The position numbers and the translations under genes are program-made. Below the pieces are notes generated by a model. It was not told the origin of the DNA. It saw only the letters and a list, made by a program, of their open reading frames with translations, and made no database searches. This document shows positions 38,381 to 47,851 of a DNA stretch of 64,000 nt, piece after piece (the first letter of the stretch is position 1; every line of letters begins with the position of its first letter). The stretch lies in assembly GCA_963770895.1 (NCBI GenBank), contig CAVYRF010000001.1, positions 2,080,001-2,144,000 of the forward strand. The letters run 5' to 3'. Source of the DNA: an uncultured Acidobacteriota bacterium. Lineage in GTDB: Bacteria; Acidobacteriota; Thermoanaerobaculia; Multivoradales; UBA5704.

Positions 38381-38904
38381 GGTGCAGCCTCCAGGCGACG
38401 CGCAAGCGGGCCAGCGCGCGCTCCACGCGCTTGCGGAAAGTGGGAGCCGGAAGATCGGGGCGCTCGCCGCGAGCGTAGGCCAGCAGGGTCTCCGTATCGC
38501 CGGGAGGGAGGACCGAGATCGCGGCGGCGAGCGTCCGCTCCAGTTCGCTCGCCATTGCCACGTCCTCTGGCGATCGTCCGCAGTCGGGTCTGTCGCCGGA
38601 CTCGTCGGCGGGACTCTCCCGCCGCCGCTGGCGCCTCCGGCGGGCGCTGCGGATCTCGTAGGCGGCGATACCGAGCACCCAAGGCAGCGCGTCGCGTCGG
38701 CGGTCGAACTCGGCGGCGCGCGCGAAGATGCGCAGCAACGCCTCCTGCGCCGCATCTTCGGCATCCTCGTGCGGCAGGCAACGAGCGGCGAAGCCGCGCA
38801 GCAGCGGCCACAGACGGACGAAGACCGGATGGAACGCCTCGCGATCCCCGTCCGCCAGTTGGACGATCTGACGCTGCAGCGACTCCCGCTCGAATACGCT
38901 CCAT
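38367..38904 (-). CDS. ECF sigma-70 factor (apparent frameshift just after the start codon)
   Basis: LADGDREAF...DAEDAAQEALLRIF...PWVLGIA (region 2); region 4 RKRVERALARLR. Nearest ATG (38904) is out of frame by 1 nt. Confidence 0.75.
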
Positions 38905-38925
38905 CCGGTTCGGCCTGCTCGCGTG

Positions 38926-39099
38926 CTATCTCGGACAGTGGTCCGGCGGACAGGGCTTGGGACAAGGCTTCGGGCAGCAGCAGCTGGGCGCGCTGTCGGC
39001 CTTGACGCTGTTTCCAGCGTTGCCATCCCCAGCCCATGCAGCTCCCATAGGTGCCGCGAGCGTCACGGCGAGTGCCAGCCAGCTCAACTTGCGCATCAT
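38926..39099 (-). CDS. Small secreted Cys/Pro-rich peptide
   Basis: AAGGAG RBS; MMRKLSWLALAVTLAAPMGAAWA signal; C-terminus SCCCPKPCPKPCPPDHCPR. Confidence 0.65.
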   Translation of the reverse strand: MMRKLSWLALAVTLAAPMGAAWAGDGNAGNSVKADSAPSCCCPKPCPKPCPPDHCPR

Positions 39100-39121
39100 C
39101 TCGATCTCCTTTGCAGGGCGT

Positions 39122-39619
39122 TCATTCGCCCCGTCTACGGAGATAGGCGCGTAACCGGCCCGGCGTGACACCGGCTGCCGGGAGCGGGCGGGGTCGGCGA
39201 AGACCGGGGCTTGATGCATCGACCTCCCGTTCTTCAATCTCGCTCCGCGCGGCGCGGTGGAGCGCGTCGGCAAGCAGAAACCGCCCGTAGCCCTTACCCT
39301 GTTGGCGGCGATCGACGGCAAGCCGGCCCAGCAGCGTCGCCGGGACCAATGGATATCGCGGGAGCTTGCGCACGGTCTGTGCCGGCAGCTCGGCGAGCTG
39401 TACCGATGTCGAGGAGAGCGTGTAGTATCCCCCGATCGCCCCATCCGGCAGCAGCAGGACAAAGAGTGCGGCCATGTTCTTCCGCGCGTCCTGGCCAGCC
39501 TGCGTCCGGAAATATCGATCGAGCGGTTCTACACCGCTCTCGAATTCCGACCGGTCATGGCTGGACGTCAGCGGTTCGACGCGAAGTTTCGCTTCTTTTT
39601 CTTCGGACACGCGCGTCAA
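39122..39619 (-). pseudogene. GNAT acetyltransferase toxin (TacT/AtaT-like), C-terminally degenerate
   Basis: HDRSEFESGVEPLDRYF...GYYTLS...LLGRLAVDRRQQGKGYG. Family resemblance is lost after RSEI (~39236); no A..FY...GF motif. Confidence 0.7.
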
Positions 39620-39836
39620 ACGCCGGTTCGCTCGCGATAGCGGCGCACCGTGTCGCGCAGACGGTCATTGACCGGCTGCGGTTTCAGCAGCGCGTTGACG
39701 AAAGCCTCGCTGTCGTGGACAGAGAGGGCGAGCTGGCTGTGTTCCTCGATCGCACGCCGCGCGGCGTCTTGCACGCTCGTCAGCACAAAGTCGGTCACGC
39801 TCCGTCCCTGCAGGGTGGCTGCCCGCTCGATCAGGC
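39616..39836 (-). pseudogene. DUF1778 (TacA-like) antitoxin, C-terminal fragment
   Basis: LIERAATLQGRSVTDFVLTSVQDAARRAIEEH..LS..DSEAFVNALLKP. N-terminus missing here; stop overlaps the toxin start. Confidence 0.75.
39753..39836 (+). repeat. 84-bp direct repeat, copy 1 (copy 2 at 49071..49154)
   Basis: cacgccgcgcggcgtcttgcacgctcgtcagcacaaagtcggtcacgctc[c/t]gtccctgcagggtggctgcccgctcgatcaggc; 1 mismatch. Confidence 0.95.
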
Positions 39837-39838
39837 GC

Positions 39839-39895
39839 CCGGTGCTGTACTACGGGATCGAAGACGCCACCCGCGGACCGCTCGTCCCTCCCGGC
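39839..39895 (+). repeat. 57-bp exact copy of an internal VPS10 gene segment (52733..52789)
   Basis: ccggtgctgtactacgggatcgaagacgccacccgcggaccgctcgtccctcccggc occurs at both sites. Confidence 0.95.
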
Positions 39896-40101
39896 CGACG
39901 GCGTTCACGGCTGAGGTGATGCAACTGGTCACCTTTGTGCTAGGCTTCCCGGCGTCGCCTGCAATTTAGAGATTTTGACCCGCCGGCAGCGGCGGGCCTT
40001 GGGTTCGCAAGCCTGTGGCTGCGCCGAGGGCGTTGTCGCGCTTCCTGGCCGCCGGGGGCTTTCGTGCGCGAGCTTCACCACTTGAGGGAAAGCTGAACCC
40101 T

Positions 40102-43100
40102 ATGCGCTCATCCCAACTCCTCCCCTGTAAAGCGCTCTCCTACCTCCTGCTTGCCCTGGTGGCACTGCCAACCGCGCTCGCCGCTCAGGGCCGCGTCACC
40201 GCGCAACCGGTGCCGCGGGTCAAGGCGGCGGTCGACGACCGCGACCGGGTGGTGATCGCCGGCCACGTGCTGCCGGTCGTGCGGCACGCCGCCGACGCCG
40301 GGCGGCTGCCGCAGACGACGGCGATGAACCACCTGATCATGGTGCTTCAGCCGAGCGTCGAGCAGGATCACGCGCTGGCCACGCTGCTTGACCAGCAGCT
40401 CGACCGCACCTCGGCCGTTTTCCACAAGTGGCTCACGCCGGAGCAGTTCGGAGCGCGGTTCGGGGTCCATGACGCCGACGTCGCCAAGGTCACCGGCTGG
40501 CTCGCGCAGCAGGGCTTCACGGTGGAGAAGGTGGCGAAGAGCAAGCGCTTCATCCAGTTCAGCGGCACGGTGAGGCAGGTCGAGACGGCCTTCCGCACCG
40601 AGATGCACTCCTTCGAGATCAACGGCCACCAGCGGGTGTCGAACAACGCCGACATCTCGGTGCCGGCGGCGCTGCGGCCGGTGATCGCCGGGGTGCCGAC
40701 GCTCAACAGCTTCTTCAAGCATGCCGACTTCATCGACGCGGGCACGGTGGAGGGCGCGCGGGTGCAGGCCGCGGTGGTGGAGGGGGCGGCGCCGCCCCCT
40801 CCGCCCGCGCTGGGCAAGCTCTACTTCGCAGACCCTTATCGCGGCGCCTTCAGCTCTCCCGACTACACCAACGGCACGACCCACTTCGTCGGCGCCGGCG
40901 ACTTCGCCACCATCTACAACACGACGCCGCTTTTGACCGCCGGCTTCGATGGCACCGGCATCTCGATCGGCATCATTGCCCGCACCGACATCAACCTGTC
41001 GGACGTGCAGATCTACCGCACGATGTTTGGCCTCAAACCGAACGACCCGACGTTCACCGTCGTCGGCGAGGACCCCGGTGTGGTTGCCGGCGACGACGGC
41101 GAGTCTTACCTCGACGCCGAGGTCTCGGGCGGCGCCGCGCCGGGCGCCCACATCAACTTCATCACCTCGCGCGCCACGCTGACCACCGACGGCGTCGACC
41201 TCTCGGCGCTGTATGCGGTCGACAACAACCTGACCGACATCATCAGCGAGAGCTACGGCCAGTGCGAAAACAACTTCTCGGCCACCGCCGAGTCGTTCTA
41301 CACCAACCTCTGGGGGCAGGCCGCCGCCCAGGGCATCACAGTGTTCCTTTCCTCCGGCGACAACGGGCCGGCGTCGTGCGACAACTCGAACAGCACCTTC
41401 GAATCCTTCGGCTACGCGGTCACCGGGCTCGGCTCGACGCCTTTCAACGTCGCGGTGGGCGGCACGCTCTTCGCCGACACCGCGGCCAACTGGAACGCGA
41501 CCGCCACCACCGCGCCGCCTTTCGCCTCGGCGCTCGGCTACATTCCCGAGGTGCCGTGGAACGAGGCCAAGAACAGCGGCGCCACCGGTGCCGCGGGGCT
41601 CTGGTCGGGCAGCGGCGGCATCAGCGCCTACTTCCCGCGCCCCTCGTGGCAGCACGGCTTCGGCGTACCGGCAAGCGACCCCGCCTATGCCGGCACCGGG
41701 GCATTCAGCTCGCCGGCCTCGCCTTTCGTGCCGGGCCCGCATCGCTACCTACCGGACGTGGCGATGGCGGCCGCGGCGCAGCACGACGGTACGCTCTACT
41801 GCGGTGAGGGCATCTGCCAGCTGACCACGACCGGCGCGCTGGGCAACGCCGGCATCGTCGGCGGCACGTCGGTTGCGGCCCCCAGCATGGCGGGCGTGCA
41901 GGCGCTCATCGACCAGGTCAACGGCGGGCGCCAGGGCATGGCCAACTACGTCTACTACACGCTGGCCGACAACCAGCACACGGCCGGCCTCAATTGCGCG
42001 TCGAACTCGGTGTCGCTCGATCCGACCTGCGCCTTCCGCGACATCACGACCGGCAACACCCTGATTTGCGCCAACTCCGCCTGCACCACGGCCAACAAGA
42101 TCGGCTGGACGGCGGGCGCCGGATACGACCTCGCAACCGGCCTGGGCTCGCCCAACGCGGCGCAGCTCGCCAACCTGTGGAGCACGGTCACCTTCCGCAG
42201 CTCGACCACGACGCTCGGCGCGACGCCGACGACCGGTCTCACCCACGGCCAGAGCGTGCTCATGACCGGCACCGTGGCGCCGGGCTCCGGCACCGGCGTC
42301 CCCACCGGCCAGGTGACCTTCATCCCGAGCACCGGCGCGCTCGGCGACCCGCCCGATCCCAACACCGGCGGCATGCTCAACCCGCCGCCGCTCGCGACGC
42401 TCGATGGCAGCGGCAACTATTCGATCTCGGTCACCAACCTGCCGGCGGGCACCTACAGCCTGGTGGCGCGCTATGGCGGCGATGCCACCTTCGCGGCCAG
42501 CACGTCGGCGCCGGTGACGGTGACAGTGGCTCCCGAGGCGGCGAACGTCACCATCGCGCCGAACGCCTTCAACGGCACGACGTGTGTCGAAACGGCGCAG
42601 ACCACCTTCACCTACGGCAGCTACATCTGGACGGACTTCACGGTTGCCGGCGCCTCGCTCCAGGGAGTGCCGACGGGCACGCTGGCCATCACCGACAACG
42701 GCAATCCGCTGACCACCGCCACGCTCAATGCTTCCGGGGTGGCGCACGTGCTGTCGGGTGCCATCCCCACGACGTCGTGCGTCAGCGGCTACACCTTCCA
42801 GGACGCGGCGCCGCTCGCCGTCGGCACGCACGCCCTGGGCGCCAGCTACTCGGGCGACGGCAGCTTCAACGCCGCGACCGCGTCGCCGGTCACGGTCACC
42901 ATCACCTTGGCGTCGGTGACCGGCGCGCTCACCACGAGCGCCACCACCATCGCCTCCGGCAGCTCGGTGCAGCTCACCCTGACCACCACTGCCATCTCCG
43001 GCGCCGGGCCGGGAACGCTGAGCCCGAGCGGCACGGCGACCTTCACCGACACCACCACCTCGACCGTGCTCGGCACCGCCGCGCTCACCGCCACCACCAC

Positions 43101-46100
43101 CGGCGCGGCGCGGGCCATCCTCACCACCACGGCGATCACCGCCGCCGGCGCCAACTCGGTCACCGCCAGCTGGTCCGCCGACACCAATTACAACGCCGGC
43201 ACCGCGACGTCGGCGGTGACTGTGACGGTGGCGACGGTCACCGCGACCAGCGTCGCGGTGACCTCCAACACCAATCCTTCGGTCATCGGCGGCCGGCCCA
43301 CCTTCACCGCGACGATGACCCCGACCACGGTGACCAGCGGCACGGTCAACTTCTTCGACGGCGGCGTCCTCTTGGGCAGCGGTACCGTCGGTGCGGCCCA
43401 CACCGCGACGTTCCGGCCTGCGGCGACGGTCAACCTGCCGGCCGGGGTCCACTCGATCACCGCGGTCTATGCCGGCAACGCGACGTTCGCGAGCAGCGTT
43501 TCGCCGGTCTTCTCGCAAACCTTCACGCAGTCGGCGACGACGATCGCGCTCACCGTCAAGACCAACGGCACCTGGCATCAGACGTTCGCGTTCAGCGGCG
43601 TCCTGGGGACAACCCTGGCCGCCACGCCGCCGTCGGGGACGATCCAGTTCCTGGACGGAGGAACTCCCCTCGGCTCGCCGCAGCCCATGGCCACGGTGGC
43701 CACGGCGAGCGGCGGCTTCGGGCTCTTCCAGGCGTCGTTCTATACCCCGCTGACCGCCGGCACGCATACCATCACCGCGACGCTCGCCGATTCCAACTAC
43801 ACGGCGGCGACGTCGAACTCCCAGACCATCACGGTCGCCAAGGCCAACCCGACGTTCTCCGCCGTGACCGGCGGCGGCACGTTCACCTACAACGGCAGCC
43901 CGCATGCGCTCGCCGGCACGGCCACCGGCGCCAACAGCGAGAGCCTGCCGGTGACGGTCAGCTACTCGGGCACCGGCGCGACGACGTACGGGCCGACCGC
44001 CGCGGCGCCTTCCGGCGCCGGCACCTACGCCGGGACGCTGTCGACGGCCGGCGACGCCAACAACAACTCGGGCAACGCAAGCCCGGCCGCGATCACCATC
44101 AACAAGGCGACGCCGGCGTTCTCCGCCGTGACCGGCGGCGGCACCTTCACCTACAACGGCAGCCCGCATGCGCTCGCCGCCACGGCGACGGGCGGCGGCG
44201 GCGAAAGCCTCGCCGTGACGTTCAGCTACACCGGCACCGGCGCGACGACGTACGGGCCGACTTCCACGGCGCCTGTGGCCGCCGGCACCTATTCGGGGAC
44301 GGCTTCGACGGCCGGCGACGCCAACAACAACTCGGGCAACGCAAGCCCGGCCGCGATCACCATCAACAAGGCGACGCCGGCGTTCTCCGCCGTGACCGGC
44401 GGCGGCACCTTCACCTACAACGGGACCGCCCGCCCAATCACCGCCACGGCGACGGGCGGCGGCGGCGAAAGCCTCGCCGTGACGTTCAGCTACAGCGGCA
44501 CCGGCGCGACCACCTACGGGCCGACCGCCACGGCGCCTTCCGGCGCCGGCACCTATGCAGGGACGGCCTCGACGGCCGGCAACACCAACAACACCTCGGC
44601 CAACGCCACGCCGGCCGCGATCACCATCAACAAAGCCACCCCGACCCTCTCCGCCACGGGCGGCTCGTTCGGCTTCGACGGCAACCCGCATGGGGGCTCC
44701 GGCACGGCCACCGGCGGCGCCGGCGAGACGCTGCCCGTGACGCTCAGCTACAGCGGCACCGGTTCGACCACGTACGGGCCGACCGCCACCGCGCCGTCGG
44801 GCGCCGGCACCTACGCTGTGACGGCCTCGACGGTGGGGGATGCCAACAACACCAGCGGCAGCTCGACGCCGGCAAGCCTCTCGATCGGCAAGGCCACCTC
44901 GTCGATCAGCGCCACCGGCGGCACCTTCACCTACGACGGCAACCCGCACGGCGGCACCGGTTCGGCCACCGGCGGCATCGGTGAGACCGAGACGGTGACG
45001 TACAGCTACAGCGGCACCGGCGCCACCACCTACGGGCCGACGGCCACGGCACCGACCAACGCCGGCACCTACCAGGTCGTCGCACACACCGACGGCGACA
45101 CCAACAGCGCCGCCGCCGACTCGACTGCGGCCGCGATCACCATCAACAAGGCCAACTCGATGGTTACCGCCACGGGCGGCTCCTTCGCCTTCGACGGCAA
45201 TCCGCACGGCGGCAGCGGCACTGCGACCGGCGGCGCCGGCGAGGCGCTGCCCGTGACGCTCAGCTACAGCGGCACCGGCTCGACGACGTACGGGCCGACC
45301 TCGGCGGCACCCTCGGCCGCCGGCTCCTATGCGGTGACCGCCTCGACGGTGGGCAACGCCAACAACAACGCCGGCAGCTCGACGCCGGCGGCCCTCGCGA
45401 TCGGCAAGGCCACCTCGTCGATCAGCGCCACCGGCGGCACCTTCACCTACGACGGCAGCCAGCACGGCGGCGGCGGCTCGGCCACCGGCGGCACCGGCGA
45501 GACCGAGACGGTGACGTTCAGCTACACCGGCACGGGCGCCACCATCTACGGGCCCACGGCCACGGCGCCGACCAACGCCGGCACCTACCAGGTCGTCGCG
45601 CACACCGCCGGCGACGCCAACAGCGCCGCCGCCGACTCGACTGCGGCCGCGATCACCATCAACCAGGCGGCGGCCACGGTTTCGGTGACCGGCTTCTGCA
45701 CGGCGTTCGACGGCACGGCGCACACGGCGCTGGGCACGGCGACGGGCGTGCTGAGCGCAAGCCTTACCGGGCTCGACCTTTCCGCGACGACGCACACCGC
45801 GCCGGGGACCTACAACGGCGACGCGTGGGCTTTCAGCAACACCAACTACGTCAGCCAGAACGGCGCGGTCGACGACGCCATCGTCGGCTCGGTGATCGCC
45901 GCCGCCAGCCACGTCGACCCGGGATCTCCTGACAACGTCGCCACGGTGCCTGATTCCGGCACCGGCGCGACCTACGCCTGGACGATCACCGGCGGCGCAA
46001 TCACCGGTGGCAGCGGCACGCCCAGCGTCACCTTCACCGCCGGCGACAGCGCCTCGGTGCAGCTCTCCGTGACCGTGACCACGACCACCGGGTGCGCCAA

Positions 46101-46233
46101 GACCGGCAACCTCACCATCCCCGTGGGGGCGGCGATCGCGCAGGTCCCGACGCTCGGCTCACTGGGTCTCCTGCTGCTGGGGATCCTGCTGGCCGCGGCC
46201 GCCCTGGTGGCGCTGCGGCCGCGGCGGGCCTAG
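40102..46233 (+). CDS. S53 (sedolisin/kumamolisin) serine protease with prodomain, Ig-like and MBG-like repeats, IPTL-CTERM tail
   Basis: Signal peptide; prodomain WLTPEQFGARFG; catalytic ESYLD, SSGDNG, GGTSVAAP; GYDLATGLGSP; C-terminus VPTLGSLGLLLLGILL...RPRRA. Confidence 0.9.
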   Translation: MRSSQLLPCKALSYLLLALVALPTALAAQGRVTAQPVPRVKAAVDDRDRVVIAGHVLPVVRHAADAGRLPQTTAMNHLIMVLQPSVEQDHALATLLDQQLDRTSAVFHKWLTPEQFGARFGVHDADVAKVTGWLAQQGFTVEKVAKSKRFIQFSGTVRQVETAFRTEMHSFEINGHQRVSNNADISVPAALRPVIAGVPTLNSFFKHADFIDAGTVEGARVQAAVVEGAAPPPPPALGKLYFADPYRGAFSSPDYTNGTTHFVGAGDFATIYNTTPLLTAGFDGTGISIGIIARTDINLSDVQIYRTMFGLKPNDPTFTVVGEDPGVVAGDDGESYLDAEVSGGAAPGAHINFITSRATLTTDGVDLSALYAVDNNLTDIISESYGQCENNFSATAESFYTNLWGQAAAQGITVFLSSGDNGPASCDNSNSTFESFGYAVTGLGSTPFNVAVGGTLFADTAANWNATATTAPPFASALGYIPEVPWNEAKNSGATGAAGLWSGSGGISAYFPRPSWQHGFGVPASDPAYAGTGAFSSPASPFVPGPHRYLPDVAMAAAAQHDGTLYCGEGICQLTTTGALGNAGIVGGTSVAAPSMAGVQALIDQVNGGRQGMANYVYYTLADNQHTAGLNCASNSVSLDPTCAFRDITTGNTLICANSACTTANKIGWTAGAGYDLATGLGSPNAAQLANLWSTVTFRSSTTTLGATPTTGLTHGQSVLMTGTVAPGSGTGVPTGQVTFIPSTGALGDPPDPNTGGMLNPPPLATLDGSGNYSISVTNLPAGTYSLVARYGGDATFAASTSAPVTVTVAPEAANVTIAPNAFNGTTCVETAQTTFTYGSYIWTDFTVAGASLQGVPTGTLAITDNGNPLTTATLNASGVAHVLSGAIPTTSCVSGYTFQDAAPLAVGTHALGASYSGDGSFNAATASPVTVTITLASVTGALTTSATTIASGSSVQLTLTTTAISGAGPGTLSPSGTATFTDTTTSTVLGTAALTATTTGAARAILTTTAITAAGANSVTASWSADTNYNAGTATSAVTVTVATVTATSVAVTSNTNPSVIGGRPTFTATMTPTTVTSGTVNFFDGGVLLGSGTVGAAHTATFRPAATVNLPAGVHSITAVYAGNATFASSVSPVFSQTFTQSATTIALTVKTNGTWHQTFAFSGVLGTTLAATPPSGTIQFLDGGTPLGSPQPMATVATASGGFGLFQASFYTPLTAGTHTITATLADSNYTAATSNSQTITVAKANPTFSAVTGGGTFTYNGSPHALAGTATGANSESLPVTVSYSGTGATTYGPTAAAPSGAGTYAGTLSTAGDANNNSGNASPAAITINKATPAFSAVTGGGTFTYNGSPHALAATATGGGGESLAVTFSYTGTGATTYGPTSTAPVAAGTYSGTASTAGDANNNSGNASPAAITINKATPAFSAVTGGGTFTYNGTARPITATATGGGGESLAVTFSYSGTGATTYGPTATAPSGAGTYAGTASTAGNTNNTSANATPAAITINKATPTLSATGGSFGFDGNPHGGSGTATGGAGETLPVTLSYSGTGSTTYGPTATAPSGAGTYAVTASTVGDANNTSGSSTPASLSIGKATSSISATGGTFTYDGNPHGGTGSATGGIGETETVTYSYSGTGATTYGPTATAPTNAGTYQVVAHTDGDTNSAAADSTAAAITINKANSMVTATGGSFAFDGNPHGGSGTATGGAGEALPVTLSYSGTGSTTYGPTSAAPSAAGSYAVTASTVGNANNNAGSSTPAALAIGKATSSISATGGTFTYDGSQHGGGGSATGGTGETETVTFSYTGTGATIYGPTATAPTNAGTYQVVAHTAGDANSAAADSTAAAITINQAAATVSVTGFCTAFDGTAHTALGTATGVLSASLTGLDLSATTHTAPGTYNGDAWAFSNTNYVSQNGAVDDAIVGSVIAAASHVDPGSPDNVATVPDSGTGATYAWTITGGAITGGSGTPSVTFTAGDSASVQLSVTVTTTTGCAKTGNLTIPVGAAIAQVPTLGSLGLLLLGILLAAAALVALRPRRA
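43840..45663 (+). repeat. Intragenic tandem repeats: 3 x 264 bp plus 4 x 258 bp (MBG-like domains)
   Basis: Unit starts at 43840, 44104, 44368, 44632, 44890, 45148, 45406. Each encodes ...TFTY/FDG..H...TATGG...YSGTG.TTYGPT..AP..AGTY. Confidence 0.9.
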
Positions 46234-46260
46234 AGGGCCGCAGCTGCAGGCAGGTAGCGC

Positions 46261-46293
46261 AAAAGCCCGCCCTTTGGGGCGGGCTTCGTTTTT
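46261..46293 (+). terminator. Rho-independent terminator (likely bidirectional)
   Basis: aaAAGCCCGCCC-tttg-GGGCGGGCTTcgttttt just after the S53 gene stop. Confidence 0.85.
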
Positions 46294-46455
46294 CTGCGCC
46301 GAAGGTACCTGGCCGACAGCTCGTCGGCGTATACTGAAACCAAGGGGGTCGCTCGCCGTTCGGGCGGACCTGGGATAAAGGCCCTCGGAGAAGTACGCGA
46401 CTCATTGCGGAGATGGGCTCCGCGGTCGTTCGGGCCGTCAGGGAGAGGGAACCGA

Positions 46456-46629
46456 ATGCGTAAGAACGTCAGGCCGCTCGCGCTTCACCGAGAGACCCTG
46501 CGCTGCTTGATCGAAAACGACCTCGCTCGCGTCCAGGGAGCTGCCTCGAACACTAACTGCAACAACACCGGGGCCCTCTGCTGCAGCATCCGGGTCCCCT
46601 GCCCGACGACGCCGCCTCCCACTGAGTAA
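46456..46629 (+). CDS. Putative RiPP (lanthipeptide-like) precursor peptide
   Basis: GGAGAGGG RBS; leader MRKNVRPLALHRETLRCL...LARVQGA; Cys/Ser/Thr-rich core ASNTNCNNTGALCCSIRVPCPTT. Confidence 0.6.
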   Translation: MRKNVRPLALHRETLRCLIENDLARVQGAASNTNCNNTGALCCSIRVPCPTTPPPTE

Positions 46630-46952
46630 GCCCGACCGCGTCCTCTCCGTGGATCCGGTTGGAATGGTGGCCGGCGCAGGCGTATGAAGCTTCCGATGTG
46701 ACAGGGCAGCGGCATGCTGCGGCCCTGGCGCGCGGCTGAGGGGCTGGGTTCCGCGGCGGCGAGCGCCCGCAAGGCGATCTGATTGGTGAAGCCGTGGGTG
46801 ATCCCATGTTCCGACTGCAGGTACTTGACGATCTCGCCGTGCTTGGCGAGTCCGGTCGAGGCCACGATCCTGAGCCACTCGTCAAGAGGTTTGCCTGTCT
46901 TTTCGGGAAGATTCGCCATCATGGCCGCCAAGGTTTCTTCCGGTGTCGGCAT
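46485..46952 (-). CDS. DUF4287 domain protein (domain in ~46750..46952; tail probably non-native or truncated)
   Basis: NLPEKTGKPLDEW...KHGEIVKYLQSEHGITHGFTNQI; AAGGAG RBS. The tail runs antisense through the peptide gene. Confidence 0.65.
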   Translation of the reverse strand: MPTPEETLAAMMANLPEKTGKPLDEWLRIVASTGLAKHGEIVKYLQSEHGITHGFTNQIALRALAAAEPSPSAARQGRSMPLPCHIGSFIRLRRPPFQPDPRRGRGRAYSVGGGVVGQGTRMLQQRAPVLLQLVFEAAPWTRARSFSIKQRRVSR

Positions 46953-46986
46953 AGGCTCCTTTCATCAGCGAGGTCGGCTGCGAGCA

Positions 46987-47574
46987 TCAATCGGCAGGGT
47001 GCTCCTGCATGTTCTTTTCGATCCGGCGGTCGGGGAGGAACCACATGATAGGGACGATCACGTAGCAGGCGATGGCGGCCCAGGGGTAGGTGAAGGCGAA
47101 GGCCAGCGCAATCAGGTAGACGAAAAGCGACAGGGAACCTTTCTGATCGCTGCCGATAGCGTTGGCGAGGAGGGATTCGCGGCCGTGGAGGCCGATCAGG
47201 GCGCGGGTCAGGATTGTGTAAGCGATGGCGGCGCAGAACATGTCGGCGCCGTAGAGGGCAAGCGGCCAGGGAGCCAGCGGGTGGGCTCCCGCCCAGGCGG
47301 TCGCGAAAGGGATGAGCGACAGCCAGAACAGCAGGTTCAGGTTGGCCCACAGGATGGTGCCCGACACGTGCTGCGCGGCCTGCAGCAGGTGATGGTGATT
47401 GTTCCAATAGATGCCCAGGTAGACGAAGCTCAGCAGGTAGGCGCAGAAGACCGGCACCAGGGGCTTGAGCGCCGCGGGGCCGGCACCGGCCGGTGTCGGC
47501 AGCTGCAGGACCATGATGGTGATGATGATGGCGAGCACGCCATCGCTGAAAGCTTCCAACCGCCCCTTGCTCAT
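46987..47574 (-). CDS. TMEM175 family (DUF1211) potassium channel
   Basis: RLEAFSDGVLAIIITIMVL, YLLSF..LGIYWNNHH, NL.LLFWLSLIPF. Confidence 0.9.
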   Translation of the reverse strand: MSKGRLEAFSDGVLAIIITIMVLQLPTPAGAGPAALKPLVPVFCAYLLSFVYLGIYWNNHHHLLQAAQHVSGTILWANLNLLFWLSLIPFATAWAGAHPLAPWPLALYGADMFCAAIAYTILTRALIGLHGRESLLANAIGSDQKGSLSLFVYLIALAFAFTYPWAAIACYVIVPIMWFLPDRRIEKNMQEHPAD

Positions 47575-47851
47575 TGTCCTCGAGTCCTTTCGCGCGCGGT
47601 GTGAGGATGGTCGAGCGAGTCTAAGGCATCCGGCAGCCTCCGCGGCCGGGAGGACGCGGCCGCGCCTACGTCGCGCCGCGCGCGCTGGGAGTCGTGGCCA
47701 CGGCCGCGGCGGGCGGCCGCCGTCACCTCGACCTGCGCATCAGCCAGGCGGGTACGCTGCTACCAGACGGCAGAGCGAGAGCCGGCGCCCACTCTATACT
47801 GGAGACACTGAACAGCGCCTTGAATGGCAAGCGGCAGGGGAGGAAGCGACC

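Noticed and set aside
39753-39895. Possible DGR template/variable repeat pair
   Set aside because: No reverse transcriptase in the window, and the copies are essentially identical rather than diversified at adenines.
43840-45663. Possible CRISPR array
   Set aside because: Units are 258-264 bp in-frame coding repeats with no repeat-spacer structure; no cas genes.
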